From Verrucomicrobiota bacterium (GTDB lineage Bacteria; Verrucomicrobiota; Verrucomicrobiia; Limisphaerales; SIBH01), in the NCBI GenBank assembly GCA_038205745.1, contig JBBRBM010000002.1, positions 2,761 to 66,760 on the forward strand: DNA of 64,000 nt, written 5' to 3'. Within the stretch, counting starts at the first letter, position 1. Each line of letters starts with the position of its first letter. The position numbers and the translations under genes were made by a program. This document shows positions 1 to 8,875 of the stretch, piece after piece. Under the pieces are notes generated by a model, which saw nothing but the letters and a program-made list of their open reading frames with translations, was not told the DNA's origin and searched no databases.

Positions 1-2
1 TC

Positions 3-830
3 ATGCCGGTGCAGAAGCGCTACAAGCTCGTGAGCCGCGAATCACACACGGCGAACTCCACAATCACGTTGCCTAACGGCGTGGTGATCGGCGGAAAGAA
101 ATTCGTGGTGATGGCGGGACCGTGCTCGGTCGAAAGCGAACAACAGTTGATGAAGACTGCAGAGGCGGTGGCCGAAGCAGGCGCTGTGGTCTTGCGCGGC
201 GGAGCGTTCAAGCCACGGACGTCGCCGTATGAGTTCCAGGGGTTGGGCGAGAAGGGCTTGAAGTTGCTGGCCAAGGCCCGACGCGAAACCGGGCTTGCGG
301 TGATCACCGAGTTGTTGTCGGAAAATCACGCCGAGATGGTGGCGGAGTATGCGGACATCCTTCAGATCGGCGCTCGCAACGCGCAGAACTTCCAACTGCT
401 CATCGCCGCCGCCAAGACCGGCAAGCCCGTGCTGCTCAAGCGCGGTCTCTCGATGAAGATGGATGAGTGGCTGCTTGCGGGGGAATACATCCTCGCGAAC
501 GACAACGCGAACCTGATGTTCTGCGAGCGCGGTATTCGCACCTTCGAGACTTACACGCGCAACACGCTTGATCTCTCGACCATTCCGATCATCAAGAAGG
601 AATCGCACTGCCCGATCGTCATCGATCCAAGCCAGGGCGTCGGGCGGGCCGATCTTGTGGCGAGCATGTGCAAAGGTGCGGCGGCGATGGGTGCCGACGC
701 GTTGCTGATCGAAGTGCATCCGAACCCCGCCGAGGCATGGAGCGATGGACAGCAGCAAGTGTCGTTGGAGTTGTTCAAGCAACTCATGCAGGAGCTGAAG
801 CCGTTCATATTGGCGGCGGGGCGGGAGTAG
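3..830 (+). CDS. aroF: 3-deoxy-7-phosphoheptulonate (DAHP) synthase, type I-beta
   Basis: 275-aa ORF with motifs [50 protein letters not shown] and ALLIEVHP, typical of the I-beta DAHPS/KDO8PS family. The ATG is 2 nt from the window edge, so the true 5' end could lie upstream. Confidence 0.85.
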   Translation: MPVQKRYKLVSRESHTANSTITLPNGVVIGGKKFVVMAGPCSVESEQQLMKTAEAVAEAGAVVLRGGAFKPRTSPYEFQGLGEKGLKLLAKARRETGLAVITELLSENHAEMVAEYADILQIGARNAQNFQLLIAAAKTGKPVLLKRGLSMKMDEWLLAGEYILANDNANLMFCERGIRTFETYTRNTLDLSTIPIIKKESHCPIVIDPSQGVGRADLVASMCKGAAAMGADALLIEVHPNPAEAWSDGQQQVSLELFKQLMQELKPFILAAGRE

Positions 831-943
831 GCCTGGCGTGCGGACGTGATCGTCCGCGCTCATTCCCAGCGAAAATTCTCAGGCAAAAACACAAATCGTC
901 ATTGGCGAGGCCGAAGGCGTTCCGGCACACTCGTGACACTCCA

Positions 944-3856
944 ATGAACTTAAATTTCAAAGCGCTATTTGCGTGTCTGTTTGCTGTGCCGGCTTTGGTT
1001 CACGCCGCGTCGGGTCCCATTCGTGTCCTCTATCTTGGCAAGGAAAGTACCGACTCATCGAAGCATTGCCATGTGCTGATGCGCGATCTGGGGCGCGACG
1101 CGATCTGGTTTGATTACACGAGCGACCCGGGAATCGTGACCCCGGAGTGGATCGCGAAGTTCGACGCCGTGCTGCTCGATGCACCGAAGGAGGATTTCAA
1201 AGCGCTCGCGAATGTGTCCGCGACGAAAATTGTCACGATTGATTTCACGGGCGACGACAAAACTTCAGCCGCGAGCGGGAAAGAAAAATTACTAAGCAGC
1301 GTCGGCGACGCGCGGCGGAAAGCTTGGGAAGCGTTCGTCGCGCAACGCGAGCCGGAGAAACGCGAGGCGAACCCCAACGTCGCGAACTACGAGCGCCGGC
1401 CCGAGCCGATCACTTTCGTGCATCCGCTCTCTGTCAAAGGGAGCAAGGAGCGCACACAGGTGCCGGTGGATATGAGGCTCGAACTGTTCGCCGCTGAGCC
1501 GGAGATCGCGAAGCCAATCGCATTCGCTTGGGACGAGCGCGGACGTTTGTGGATTTGTGAAGCGAGGGATTATCCGCACGGCGTGAATGCGAATGGCGAA
1601 GGCAACGATGACATCAGGATTTGCGAAGACACCGACGGCGATGGCAAGGCCGACAAGTTTACCGTGTTCGCCGACAAGTTGAATCTGCCGACCAGCCTGG
1701 TGTTCGTGAACGGAGGGGTGATCGTCGCGCAACCACCGCGCTTCTTGTTTCTCAAAGACACGGACGGTGACGACAAGGCCGACGTGCGTCGCGAGATCAT
1801 GACGGGCTGGGGCATCGGTGACACGCACGCGCAGGCGAACAACCTTCACTACGGTTACGACAACTGGCTTTATGGCTGCGTCGGTTACTCGGGCTTCGCT
1901 GGAGAGATTGGCGGCAGGCAAATGCGTTTTGCGCAAGGCACATTCCGTTTCAAGGCCGACGGTTCCGCCCTCGAATTCCTGCATCAATTCTCGAACAACT
2001 CCTGGGGCCACAGCGCGAATGACTCCGGCGACCAGTTCGGCGGCACCGCAAACGGCGCACCGATTTTTTACGGCGGCATTCCTGCGTCCGTCGTGCCAAC
2101 CGGCACGCGCGTGATGACGGCGAAGAAGATCAACGTGGAAGACAAATGCCACACCATCACACCGAATTTTCGCCAGGTGGATGTGTTCGGCGGCTTCACG
2201 GCGGCGGCGGGCAGCGCGTTCATTTATTCGGCGAACATGCCGCTGCGGCTACAGGGCAAGGCGATGGTTTGCGAGCCGACGATGAAGGTCGTGGCGCTGA
2301 TGGACGTGCAGCCGAGCGGTGGTGGTTACGTGGCGAAGGATGGCTTCAATCTCGTGGCGAGCAGCGATGAATGGATGTCGCCAGTGTTCAGCGAAGTGGG
2401 ACCGGACGGCGCAGTGTGGTTCGCCGACTGGCAGAACTTCATCATTCAACACAACCCGACGCCAAATCTTGAACGCGGTGGCTACGTCGCGAAAACGGGC
2501 GCGGGCGGCGCGCACGAAAACCCGCTGCGCGATCACGCGCGCGGCCGCATCTATCGCGTGGTTTGGGAGAAGGCGCAGAAGCCGGCGATCACGTCGCTCG
2601 CGAAAGCGACGACGACTCAACTGGTCACCGCGCTCGGCAGTGACAATCAGTTCTGGCGGCTCACTGCGCAGCGATTGCTCGTCGAGGGAAAGAAGACGGA
2701 CGCGACCGGGCCGCTGAAGACCACGGCGACCAACGCCGGCATCGCGGCGATTCACGCGCTGTGGACCTTGGACGGCCTTGGCCAACTTGACGACGCGACT
2801 CACAAGGCCGCGTTGCTCTCGGCGGATGCGAAGTTGCGTCGCAACGCGGTGCGTGCGCTCACGACCGATAAGCGCGGCGAGGGTTTGTTCTTCAGTGGCG
2901 GTGTGGTGAGCGATCACGACTTGATCACGCGTTGCGCCGCGTTGGTGAAGCTCGCTGAGTTTCAGACGACGAAGCAGATTCAAACGATGGTCGCGGGGCT
3001 TGCGAGAAATCCCGCGCTGAAATCTGACGAGTGGCTGGCCGAAGCCGTGCGGTTGCTGGTGAAACGGCACAAGGCGGACGTGTACAAGGAAGGTCCAAAC
3101 CTGTTGCCAAATCCGAGTTTCGAAATCGTCGGTGCGGATGGATTGCCGGAAGGCTGGAAGCGGCGCGACTACGGGAATCGTCCCGCGAATGCGGGCGCGC
3201 AATGGGAAGTCGTGACGGGCGCCGACAACACGCGCACCGGCAGGAGAGCCCTCCGCTGCATCACGCGCGGCGATGGCGACACGAGCCTTTACGCCGACGT
3301 GACGCTGAAGACGAACACGATGTATCGCCTCGCCGGCTGGGTCAGGGCGCACGCGCTCCGAGGCAAAGTGAGTCTCAACGATCACATCGGCCGAGTGGAG
3401 ACGGAGCGACTCACACGCGACGCCGCCGACTTCATTGAGGTGGAAACTGTTTTCAATAGCGGTGATCGCACGAAGGCGAGCATCAATATTTTGCACGTCG
3501 CTCGCGGCGATGGTTACTGGGATGACGTGAGGCTCTGCGAACTGTCGCCCGCTGAAGACGCTGGGAAAGTCGTTGCCGGTGATGTGCTGCGCGGCAAAAC
3601 AATTTTCTACGAACACACTGCGCGTTGCGTCCTCTGCCATATATTGGCGAACGAAGGCAGCACCGTCGGCCCCGCGCTCGATGGCGTCGCCACGCGCAGC
3701 ACGCCGGAGCATCGCCGCGAAAGTTTGCTCGAACCGAGCAAGGTGCTCGCGAAGGGCTACGAGAATCTCACCATGTCGCCGATGCCGCCAATGGGCGACA
3801 TCTTCAGCCCGCAGGAGATCGAGGACATCATCGCGTTCTTGCAGACGCTGAAGTGA
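944..3856 (+). CDS. Exported multidomain protein: ThuA-like N-terminus, PVC-type membrane-bound dehydrogenase domain, HEAT-like repeats, CBM4_9-like module, C-terminal cytochrome c (CxxCH)
   Basis: Start moved to ATG 944 (MNLNFKALFACLFAVPALVHA signal peptide), because the upstream 92 codons of ORF 668..3856 look non-coding. Motifs: IRVLYLGKE (ThuA-like), LFAAEPEIAKPIAFAWDERGRLWICE and DTDGDGKADK (dehydrogenase-domain family), CVLCH near the C-terminus. Confidence 0.75.
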   Translation: MNLNFKALFACLFAVPALVHAASGPIRVLYLGKESTDSSKHCHVLMRDLGRDAIWFDYTSDPGIVTPEWIAKFDAVLLDAPKEDFKALANVSATKIVTIDFTGDDKTSAASGKEKLLSSVGDARRKAWEAFVAQREPEKREANPNVANYERRPEPITFVHPLSVKGSKERTQVPVDMRLELFAAEPEIAKPIAFAWDERGRLWICEARDYPHGVNANGEGNDDIRICEDTDGDGKADKFTVFADKLNLPTSLVFVNGGVIVAQPPRFLFLKDTDGDDKADVRREIMTGWGIGDTHAQANNLHYGYDNWLYGCVGYSGFAGEIGGRQMRFAQGTFRFKADGSALEFLHQFSNNSWGHSANDSGDQFGGTANGAPIFYGGIPASVVPTGTRVMTAKKINVEDKCHTITPNFRQVDVFGGFTAAAGSAFIYSANMPLRLQGKAMVCEPTMKVVALMDVQPSGGGYVAKDGFNLVASSDEWMSPVFSEVGPDGAVWFADWQNFIIQHNPTPNLERGGYVAKTGAGGAHENPLRDHARGRIYRVVWEKAQKPAITSLAKATTTQLVTALGSDNQFWRLTAQRLLVEGKKTDATGPLKTTATNAGIAAIHALWTLDGLGQLDDATHKAALLSADAKLRRNAVRALTTDKRGEGLFFSGGVVSDHDLITRCAALVKLAEFQTTKQIQTMVAGLARNPALKSDEWLAEAVRLLVKRHKADVYKEGPNLLPNPSFEIVGADGLPEGWKRRDYGNRPANAGAQWEVVTGADNTRTGRRALRCITRGDGDTSLYADVTLKTNTMYRLAGWVRAHALRGKVSLNDHIGRVETERLTRDAADFIEVETVFNSGDRTKASINILHVARGDGYWDDVRLCELSPAEDAGKVVAGDVLRGKTIFYEHTARCVLCHILANEGSTVGPALDGVATRSTPEHRRESLLEPSKVLAKGYENLTMSPMPPMGDIFSPQEIEDIIAFLQTLK

Positions 3857-3931
3857 ACCACGGAAGATGCGGAGCACACGGACCGGAATTCTTTCCGTGT
3901 CTTCAGTGGGTTCCGTGGTTGAAACTCGGTC

Positions 3932-5833
3932 GTGTCTCTCGAAGGCGTGGATAAGACCCGGCTGCGCGCGGCGCTTGAGCAAGCAACAACCGCGCTGCTG
4001 GCCGAGCGTAACGAACGCGGCTTTTGGGAAGGCGAACTCAGCAGCAGCGCGCTTTCAACTGCCACAGCGGTGACGGCGCTGGCGCTCGCGGTGAAACATG
4101 GCGCGATCTCCCAATCCGCAATCCGCGATCCGCGATCCGCAATCCAGTCTGCTCTTCGCTGGCTCGCTGAACATCAAAACTCCGACGGCGGCTGGGGCGA
4201 CACGACGAAGAGTCTCAGTAACATCAGCACGACCACATTGTGTTGGGCGGCGTTCGGAGCGGCTGGTGCCGATGAGCCATTCGCCACGGCCGTGAGTGCA
4301 GCCGAGCGCTGGCTCAACGTGCCCCCGGCATCTTGCCGGGCGGAAACGTCAGACAAGTCGGCAGTCGCTCTCTCTTCCACATTACAGCCCGGCGAGATGC
4401 CGGGGGCACGCTCGCTCGCATCCACAATCATTGCGCGCTACGGAAAAGACCGCACGTTCTCCATCCCCATCCTTACGATGTGCGCGCTGGCGGGACGGCT
4501 GGGCAGTGGACCGGAGGCGTGGCGCGATGTCATTCCATTGCCGTTCGAACTCGCCGCGTTGCCGCACCAACTGTTCGCCGCGCTGCGCTTGCCCGTGGTG
4601 AGCTACGCGCTGCCGGCGCTGATCGCGATCGGGCTGGCGCGCCACGTTCATGCGCCATCGAAAAATCCTTTCGCGCGATGGGTTCGAAACGCAGCACGCG
4701 AAAAGGCGTTGCGTGTCCTCACGAAGATTCAGCCAGCCAACGGCGGTTTCCTCGAAGCGACGCCGCTGACGAGCTTCGTCACCATGAGTCTGGTCGCAAG
4801 CGGACTGGAGAAACATTTCGTGGCGCAAGAAGGATTGGGTTTTCTGCTGAAGTCGCAACGTGCGGATGGCAGTTGGCCGATCGACACGAATCTTTCCACG
4901 TGGTGTACGACACTGGCGATGGAGGCGCTTCCTCAATCCTCAATCCTCGATCCTCAATCCTCAATTTCCTGGCTGCTCGCGCAACAAAATCGCGTCGAGC
5001 ATCCCTACACTCACGCCGCGCCCGGCGGCTGGGCGTGGACGGATTTGCCCGGCGGCGTGCCGGATGCGGATGACACGGCGGGCGCTCTGCTGGCGCTCGC
5101 GAAATTGCGGGGTGCGGGGTGCGGAGCACGGAATGAAGAGATCACGCGCGCGGCGGAAGCAGGGATTCGGTGGCTGCTTGATTTGCAGAACAGTGACGGC
5201 GGAATTCCGACGTTCTGCCGCGGATGGGGAGCGTTGCCGTTCGATCGAAGCAGTCCCGACATCACGGCTCATGCGTTACGGGCGTGGACGGAGTGGCGTC
5301 ATAACGTCGATGGAGCGTTGGATCGGCGGATGCGCTTGGGCCGTCTTCGCGCCATTCGTTTTCTGGAAAAGGCGCAGCAGAGCGACGGTTCGTGGATTCC
5401 GCTGTGGTTCGGAAACCAACACGCTCCGCATGAGGAGAATCGAATTTACGGAACGGCACGCGTGGTGAAGGCGCTGGCGAATTACGGCGAGAGCACGAAT
5501 GCATTTGCGCGCGCGATCACCTTTCTCGTCTCGTCACAACACAGGGGTGGAAGCTGGGGCAGTGCAAACGAGGGCTCGGTGGAGGAAACTGCGCTCGCAG
5601 TCGGAGCGCTGGCTGACGTGATGTACGCTGGCTCAACGGTGGAAGTGAGAGGCTCCATCGCACGCGGCGTGAATTGGCTCATGGACCGCATCGAATCCGG
5701 TGAGTGGCGCGAGCCTTCTCCGATCGGCTTCTACTTCGCGAAGCTGTGGTACTTTGAAACACTGTATCCGATGATCTTCGCGGTCGGAGCGCTGCGGGCT
5801 ATAAGCGAACTACCATCGACGCCGGACTTGTGA
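3932..5833 (+). CDS. shc: Squalene-hopene cyclase family terpene cyclase (carries three in-frame repeat insertions)
   Basis: 633-aa ORF with a GTG start. Repeated QW-type SDGGWG/ADGSWP/SDGGIP/SDGSW/GGSWG motifs and an aspartate-rich GGVPDADDTAGAL motif resembling the SHC DxDD catalytic motif. Confidence 0.7.
   Translation: MSLEGVDKTRLRAALEQATTALLAERNERGFWEGELSSSALSTATAVTALALAVKHGAISQSAIRDPRSAIQSALRWLAEHQNSDGGWGDTTKSLSNISTTTLCWAAFGAAGADEPFATAVSAAERWLNVPPASCRAETSDKSAVALSSTLQPGEMPGARSLASTIIARYGKDRTFSIPILTMCALAGRLGSGPEAWRDVIPLPFELAALPHQLFAALRLPVVSYALPALIAIGLARHVHAPSKNPFARWVRNAAREKALRVLTKIQPANGGFLEATPLTSFVTMSLVASGLEKHFVAQEGLGFLLKSQRADGSWPIDTNLSTWCTTLAMEALPQSSILDPQSSISWLLAQQNRVEHPYTHAAPGGWAWTDLPGGVPDADDTAGALLALAKLRGAGCGARNEEITRAAEAGIRWLLDLQNSDGGIPTFCRGWGALPFDRSSPDITAHALRAWTEWRHNVDGALDRRMRLGRLRAIRFLEKAQQSDGSWIPLWFGNQHAPHEENRIYGTARVVKALANYGESTNAFARAITFLVSSQHRGGSWGSANEGSVEETALAVGALADVMYAGSTVEVRGSIARGVNWLMDRIESGEWREPSPIGFYFAKLWYFETLYPMIFAVGALRAISELPSTPDL
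4112..4146. repeat. Heptanucleotide tandem array (CAATCCG/CGATCCG x5) inside shc
   Basis: Sequence caatccg caatccg cgatccg cgatccg caatcca. It is translated in frame as SQSAIRDPRSAIQ. Confidence 0.85.
4319..4409. repeat. REP doublet (REPIN-like) copy 1, inside shc, in frame
   Basis: Left arm GTGCCCCCGGCATCTTGCCGGG (4319-4340) and right arm CCCGGCGAGATGCCGGGGGCAC (4388-4409) are reverse complements, separated by a 47-nt spacer. Translated as VPPASCRAE...PGEMPGA. Confidence 0.9.
4931..4965. repeat. Heptanucleotide tandem array (CCTCAAT/CCTCGAT x5) inside shc
   Basis: Sequence cctcaat cctcaat cctcgat cctcaat cctcaat. It is translated in frame as PQSSILDPQSSI. Confidence 0.85.
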
Positions 5834-5861
5834 GCGCTTCAATGCGAGGTATCATTGCGGC

Positions 5862-6107
5862 ATGGTTCTTGAATCCATTCGCGAGTTGAACAAGGCGGTT
5901 CCGTTTCGGCCTTACCAGTTGCGTTTGACCAGCGGCACCGTCCATCAAGTGCCGCACCCGGATTTCATCGCCATTTCGGCCCGGGGCAGTTGGGTGATGG
6001 TTTCTGATTTGAATGAACATCCCTACTGGATCAGCACCATCCTGATTGAGGAAGTCACACCGTTGAAGACCCCCGCGAAAAACGGAAAAGAAAAGCGGCG
6101 GTCCTGA
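5862..6107 (+). CDS. Hypothetical small protein (81 aa)
   Basis: ATG-initiated ORF in an otherwise empty gap, with a non-repetitive, plausible amino-acid composition. No family recognised. Confidence 0.4.
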   Translation: MVLESIRELNKAVPFRPYQLRLTSGTVHQVPHPDFIAISARGSWVMVSDLNEHPYWISTILIEEVTPLKTPAKNGKEKRRS

Positions 6108-6118
6108 GACCGCCGCTT
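6093..6118 (-). terminator. Intrinsic terminator downstream of xylA (hairpin shared with the 3' end of the convergent small ORF)
   Basis: AAGCGGCGGTC-ctga-GACCGCCGCTT forms an 11-bp stem. On the minus strand it is followed by TTTTCTTTTCCGTTTTT. On the plus strand there is no U-tract. Confidence 0.65.
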
Positions 6119-6163
6119 GCAATCAATTTGGGGGACTCGTGAAACCCGCCCCTCTTACGAAGT

Positions 6164-7477
6164 TCAGATGAATTCGTTGATCAGGTTTTCCAGGAATTCC
6201 TGGCGCCCGCTGGTGTTCGCGTCGGATTCGCCCTTCTTGAGCATGTAAGTCTCGAGCGATTCAAAGCTCTCTTTGCCTTCCTCGATGCGCTTGCCGAGGC
6301 CCTTGTCCCAGGACGAATAGCGTTGCTTGATGAATTCGCCGAGGCGTCCGTCTTTGCGAATGGCGGCGGCAATCTTCAATCCGCGTGCGAAGGCGTCCAT
6401 GCCACCGATGTGCGCGTGGAACAAGTCCTCGGGCTCAAAACTTTCGCGACGCACCTTCGCATCGAAGTTCACCCCGCCAGTTGTGAATCCGCCGTACTTC
6501 AGGATGCTCAACATGCACTGCGTGGTGAGATAAATGTCCGTCGGGAACTGGTCCGTGTCCCAGCCGAGAAGGAGATCGCCAGTGTTCGCATCAATGCTGC
6601 CGAGTGCGCCCGCGGCGCCGGCAACTTCGAGTTCGTGCTGCATGGTGTGGCCGGCAAGCGTGGCGTGGTTCGTTTCAAGATTCAGCTTCAGGTGCGGCAA
6701 CAGATCGAACTCACGCAGGAAGTTCAGGCACGCCGCTGCGTCGGAATCGTATTGGTGCTTGGTCGGTTCTTTCGGCTTGGGCTCGATGTAAAATTGGCCC
6801 TTGAAGCCGATCTTCTTTGCGTAATCGACGGCCATGTGGAGGAACTTCGCGAGATGTTCGAGCTCGCGCTTCATGTCTGTGTTCCAAAGCGTCGAGTAAC
6901 CTTCGCGCCCGCCCCAGAACACGTAACCCTCGCCGCCGAGTTCGTGCGTCACTTCGAGCGCCTTCTTTACTTGCGCGCAGGCGAACGCGAAGACATCCGC
7001 GTTGCAACTCGTGCTCGCGCCGTGCGCGTAGCGTGGATGAACGAAAAGCTGCGCCGTGCCCCACAGCAGTTTGGCGCCCGTGCGCTTCTGCTGCTCTTTT
7101 AACAGCGCGACGATCGTATCCAGAAATTTGTTCGACTCACGCAGCGTCTTGCCGTGCGGCGCGATGTCGCGATCGTGGAATGCGTAAAATGGTGAACCGA
7201 GTTTCTGGCAGATCTCGAAGAACACCGGCACGCGCGCCTTCGCGAGATCGATTCCCTTCAGTCCCTTTTCCCAGGGACGAATCGCGGTCGGCACGCCGAA
7301 CATGTCCGCGCCCGCGCCACACATCGTGTGCCAATACACGACGGAAAAGCGCAGGTGCTCGGCCATGGTTTTGCCTTCGACCTTCTCGTTCGCGTTGTAG
7401 TGCTTGAACGCGAGCGGGTTCTTGGATTTCGGGCCTTCGAATTTGATCCGGCTGATTTTCGGGTATGCGTCTGACAT
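6164..7477 (-). CDS. xylA: Xylose isomerase
   Basis: Start trimmed to [27 protein letters not shown]. Strong XylA-type collinear motifs ([48 protein letters not shown]). Confidence 0.9.
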   Translation of the reverse strand: MSDAYPKISRIKFEGPKSKNPLAFKHYNANEKVEGKTMAEHLRFSVVYWHTMCGAGADMFGVPTAIRPWEKGLKGIDLAKARVPVFFEICQKLGSPFYAFHDRDIAPHGKTLRESNKFLDTIVALLKEQQKRTGAKLLWGTAQLFVHPRYAHGASTSCNADVFAFACAQVKKALEVTHELGGEGYVFWGGREGYSTLWNTDMKRELEHLAKFLHMAVDYAKKIGFKGQFYIEPKPKEPTKHQYDSDAAACLNFLREFDLLPHLKLNLETNHATLAGHTMQHELEVAGAAGALGSIDANTGDLLLGWDTDQFPTDIYLTTQCMLSILKYGGFTTGGVNFDAKVRRESFEPEDLFHAHIGGMDAFARGLKIAAAIRKDGRLGEFIKQRYSSWDKGLGKRIEEGKESFESLETYMLKKGESDANTSGRQEFLENLINEFI

Positions 7478-7530
7478 AAATTTGGAGTCAAAGTTTGGTG
7501 GAACAGACGAAACTGCCGCAAGCGCATTGT

Positions 7531-7563
7531 AAACAAAAAGAGGCATTCGTTGCCGAATGCCTC
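7531..7563 (-). terminator. Intrinsic terminator downstream of the outer-membrane protein gene
   Basis: GAGGCATTCG-ttgc-CGAATGCCTC forms a 10-bp stem. On the minus strand it is followed by TTTTTGTTT. It lies 24 nt after the stop of 7587..8678. Confidence 0.7.
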
Positions 7564-7586
7564 CCCGAATTTGTTTTCGCCACGAA

Positions 7587-8678
7587 TCAGAACGTGTACG
7601 AGACACCCGCCACCAGAAACGGTGTGGTGGAGAGGTCGAGCGAGATTTTGCGCCCCTTGCCGCTGGCTTCGTAGCTCGTCATGCCCTGAAACTGTCCGCC
7701 GCCGAAGATGCTCCACTTCTGATCAATTGCGTATTTCAACGTGGCACTGAGGTATCCGCCCACGAGGAAATCGACTTCGTCCACGCTTCCGTGTTCGCGG
7801 CGCGTGGTGCCTGCCGAGGGGATGGCGACCACTTCGTTGAAGTTCAAATGACCATCCATGACGCCGACCGCCACGCCTGCGCTGATAACCGCGCTCCACT
7901 TATCGGCAAACGGAATTTCGAAATACGGCCCCATGTGAAAATAATAAAAGTCGCCGTCGAAACCGCGCGTGCCGGTGATCGGATTTTTTGTGATGGTGCG
8001 AGCGGGCGTGTCTTCGATCTCCGAGTTTGGTCCGTCAAACGTACCTGCGAAACCGGGATACTTGCTGTTCGGTTCGCCACCCACCCACGGCGGATGAACA
8101 CCATTGAGGTTGTAAGCGTCCGTGATCGTGCGCGTGCCAAAAGGTGAGGCGCCGCTATCTTCGATTTCGATAAACGTCCAACCGAACGCCGCTTCAAGGC
8201 CCCAGGTCCACTTGTTGTCTTTGTTGCGGCCCAACTGCCGATTAAACGTGAGCTGGAACCCATGCTGTGGATCGCCCTCCACATCCTTGATGGTGCCTCC
8301 GGTCGACCGCGTGCTGTGCATCAACAAGCGATCGTTCGGCAGATCGACCTGGCTTTCATTCTTGTATCCCCAAAATCGTGTGAAGCCGCCGTCGTTCCCG
8401 GTCCGATCAACTCGATTGTAGCCATCGTCGTAAAAGCGATCGACACCGCCGCCCGTTGCCGGACCGGCACTGCCGCTTCCTGCCGGATTCACGCGAGAAA
8501 AGTCCGCCTTGAAGTTCCAGCCCGCAGCGTAACCCACGCTGATGCGGTTCAGGTTCTCTTTCGGTTCCTCGAGCCGGACGCGAGAGATGGGATCGTTGTC
8601 CGCTGCGTAAAGCGGCACGAGCGGCACCAGGAACAGCGACGCGAGAGCGAGAGGACGATGGGATGTGTGCGTATTCAT
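7587..8678 (-). CDS. Outer-membrane beta-barrel protein (putative porin)
   Basis: Signal peptide [25 protein letters not shown], alternating beta-strand-like composition, and a C-terminal ...GVSYTF ending in the aromatic residue typical of OMPs. Confidence 0.65.
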   Translation of the reverse strand: MNTHTSHRPLALASLFLVPLVPLYAADNDPISRVRLEEPKENLNRISVGYAAGWNFKADFSRVNPAGSGSAGPATGGGVDRFYDDGYNRVDRTGNDGGFTRFWGYKNESQVDLPNDRLLMHSTRSTGGTIKDVEGDPQHGFQLTFNRQLGRNKDNKWTWGLEAAFGWTFIEIEDSGASPFGTRTITDAYNLNGVHPPWVGGEPNSKYPGFAGTFDGPNSEIEDTPARTITKNPITGTRGFDGDFYYFHMGPYFEIPFADKWSAVISAGVAVGVMDGHLNFNEVVAIPSAGTTRREHGSVDEVDFLVGGYLSATLKYAIDQKWSIFGGGQFQGMTSYEASGKGRKISLDLSTTPFLVAGVSYTF

Positions 8679-8875
8679 AGATTAATTACCGGAGATGCTG
8701 ACGACGGTCGCAGGTGAATGCGTTTCCATGCGGCCGATGCTTTGTGCGTTTCATCGAAACTGTGACGGCTGTGATGGGTGCGAATTCAACGCAGAACCGG
8801 CGGCGCGTCAATCGCAATGCTCTCCGCACGTACAGGAACATCAGTTCGATTTGCATACAAAACTTCACTCGAGGG

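Noticed and set aside
668-943. N-terminal extensions of many track ORFs (for example 668-943, 7478-7606, 17156-17254, 27734-27832, 33236-33427, 35580-35666, 47617-47718, 56793-56897, 58520-58597, 62516-62659)
   Set aside because: In each case an internal ATG is followed directly by a signal peptide or the conserved family N-terminus. The upstream codons are Arg-rich, REP-derived or repeat-derived, so the starts were trimmed.
2249-3982. 577-aa minus-strand ORF antisense to the 944-3856 gene
   Set aside because: It lies in the codon-aligned antisense frame of a well-supported gene. There, stops can only arise from sense TTA/CTA/TCA codons, which are rare in this GC-rich genome. The product is Arg/Ala-rich low-complexity with no recognisable motifs.
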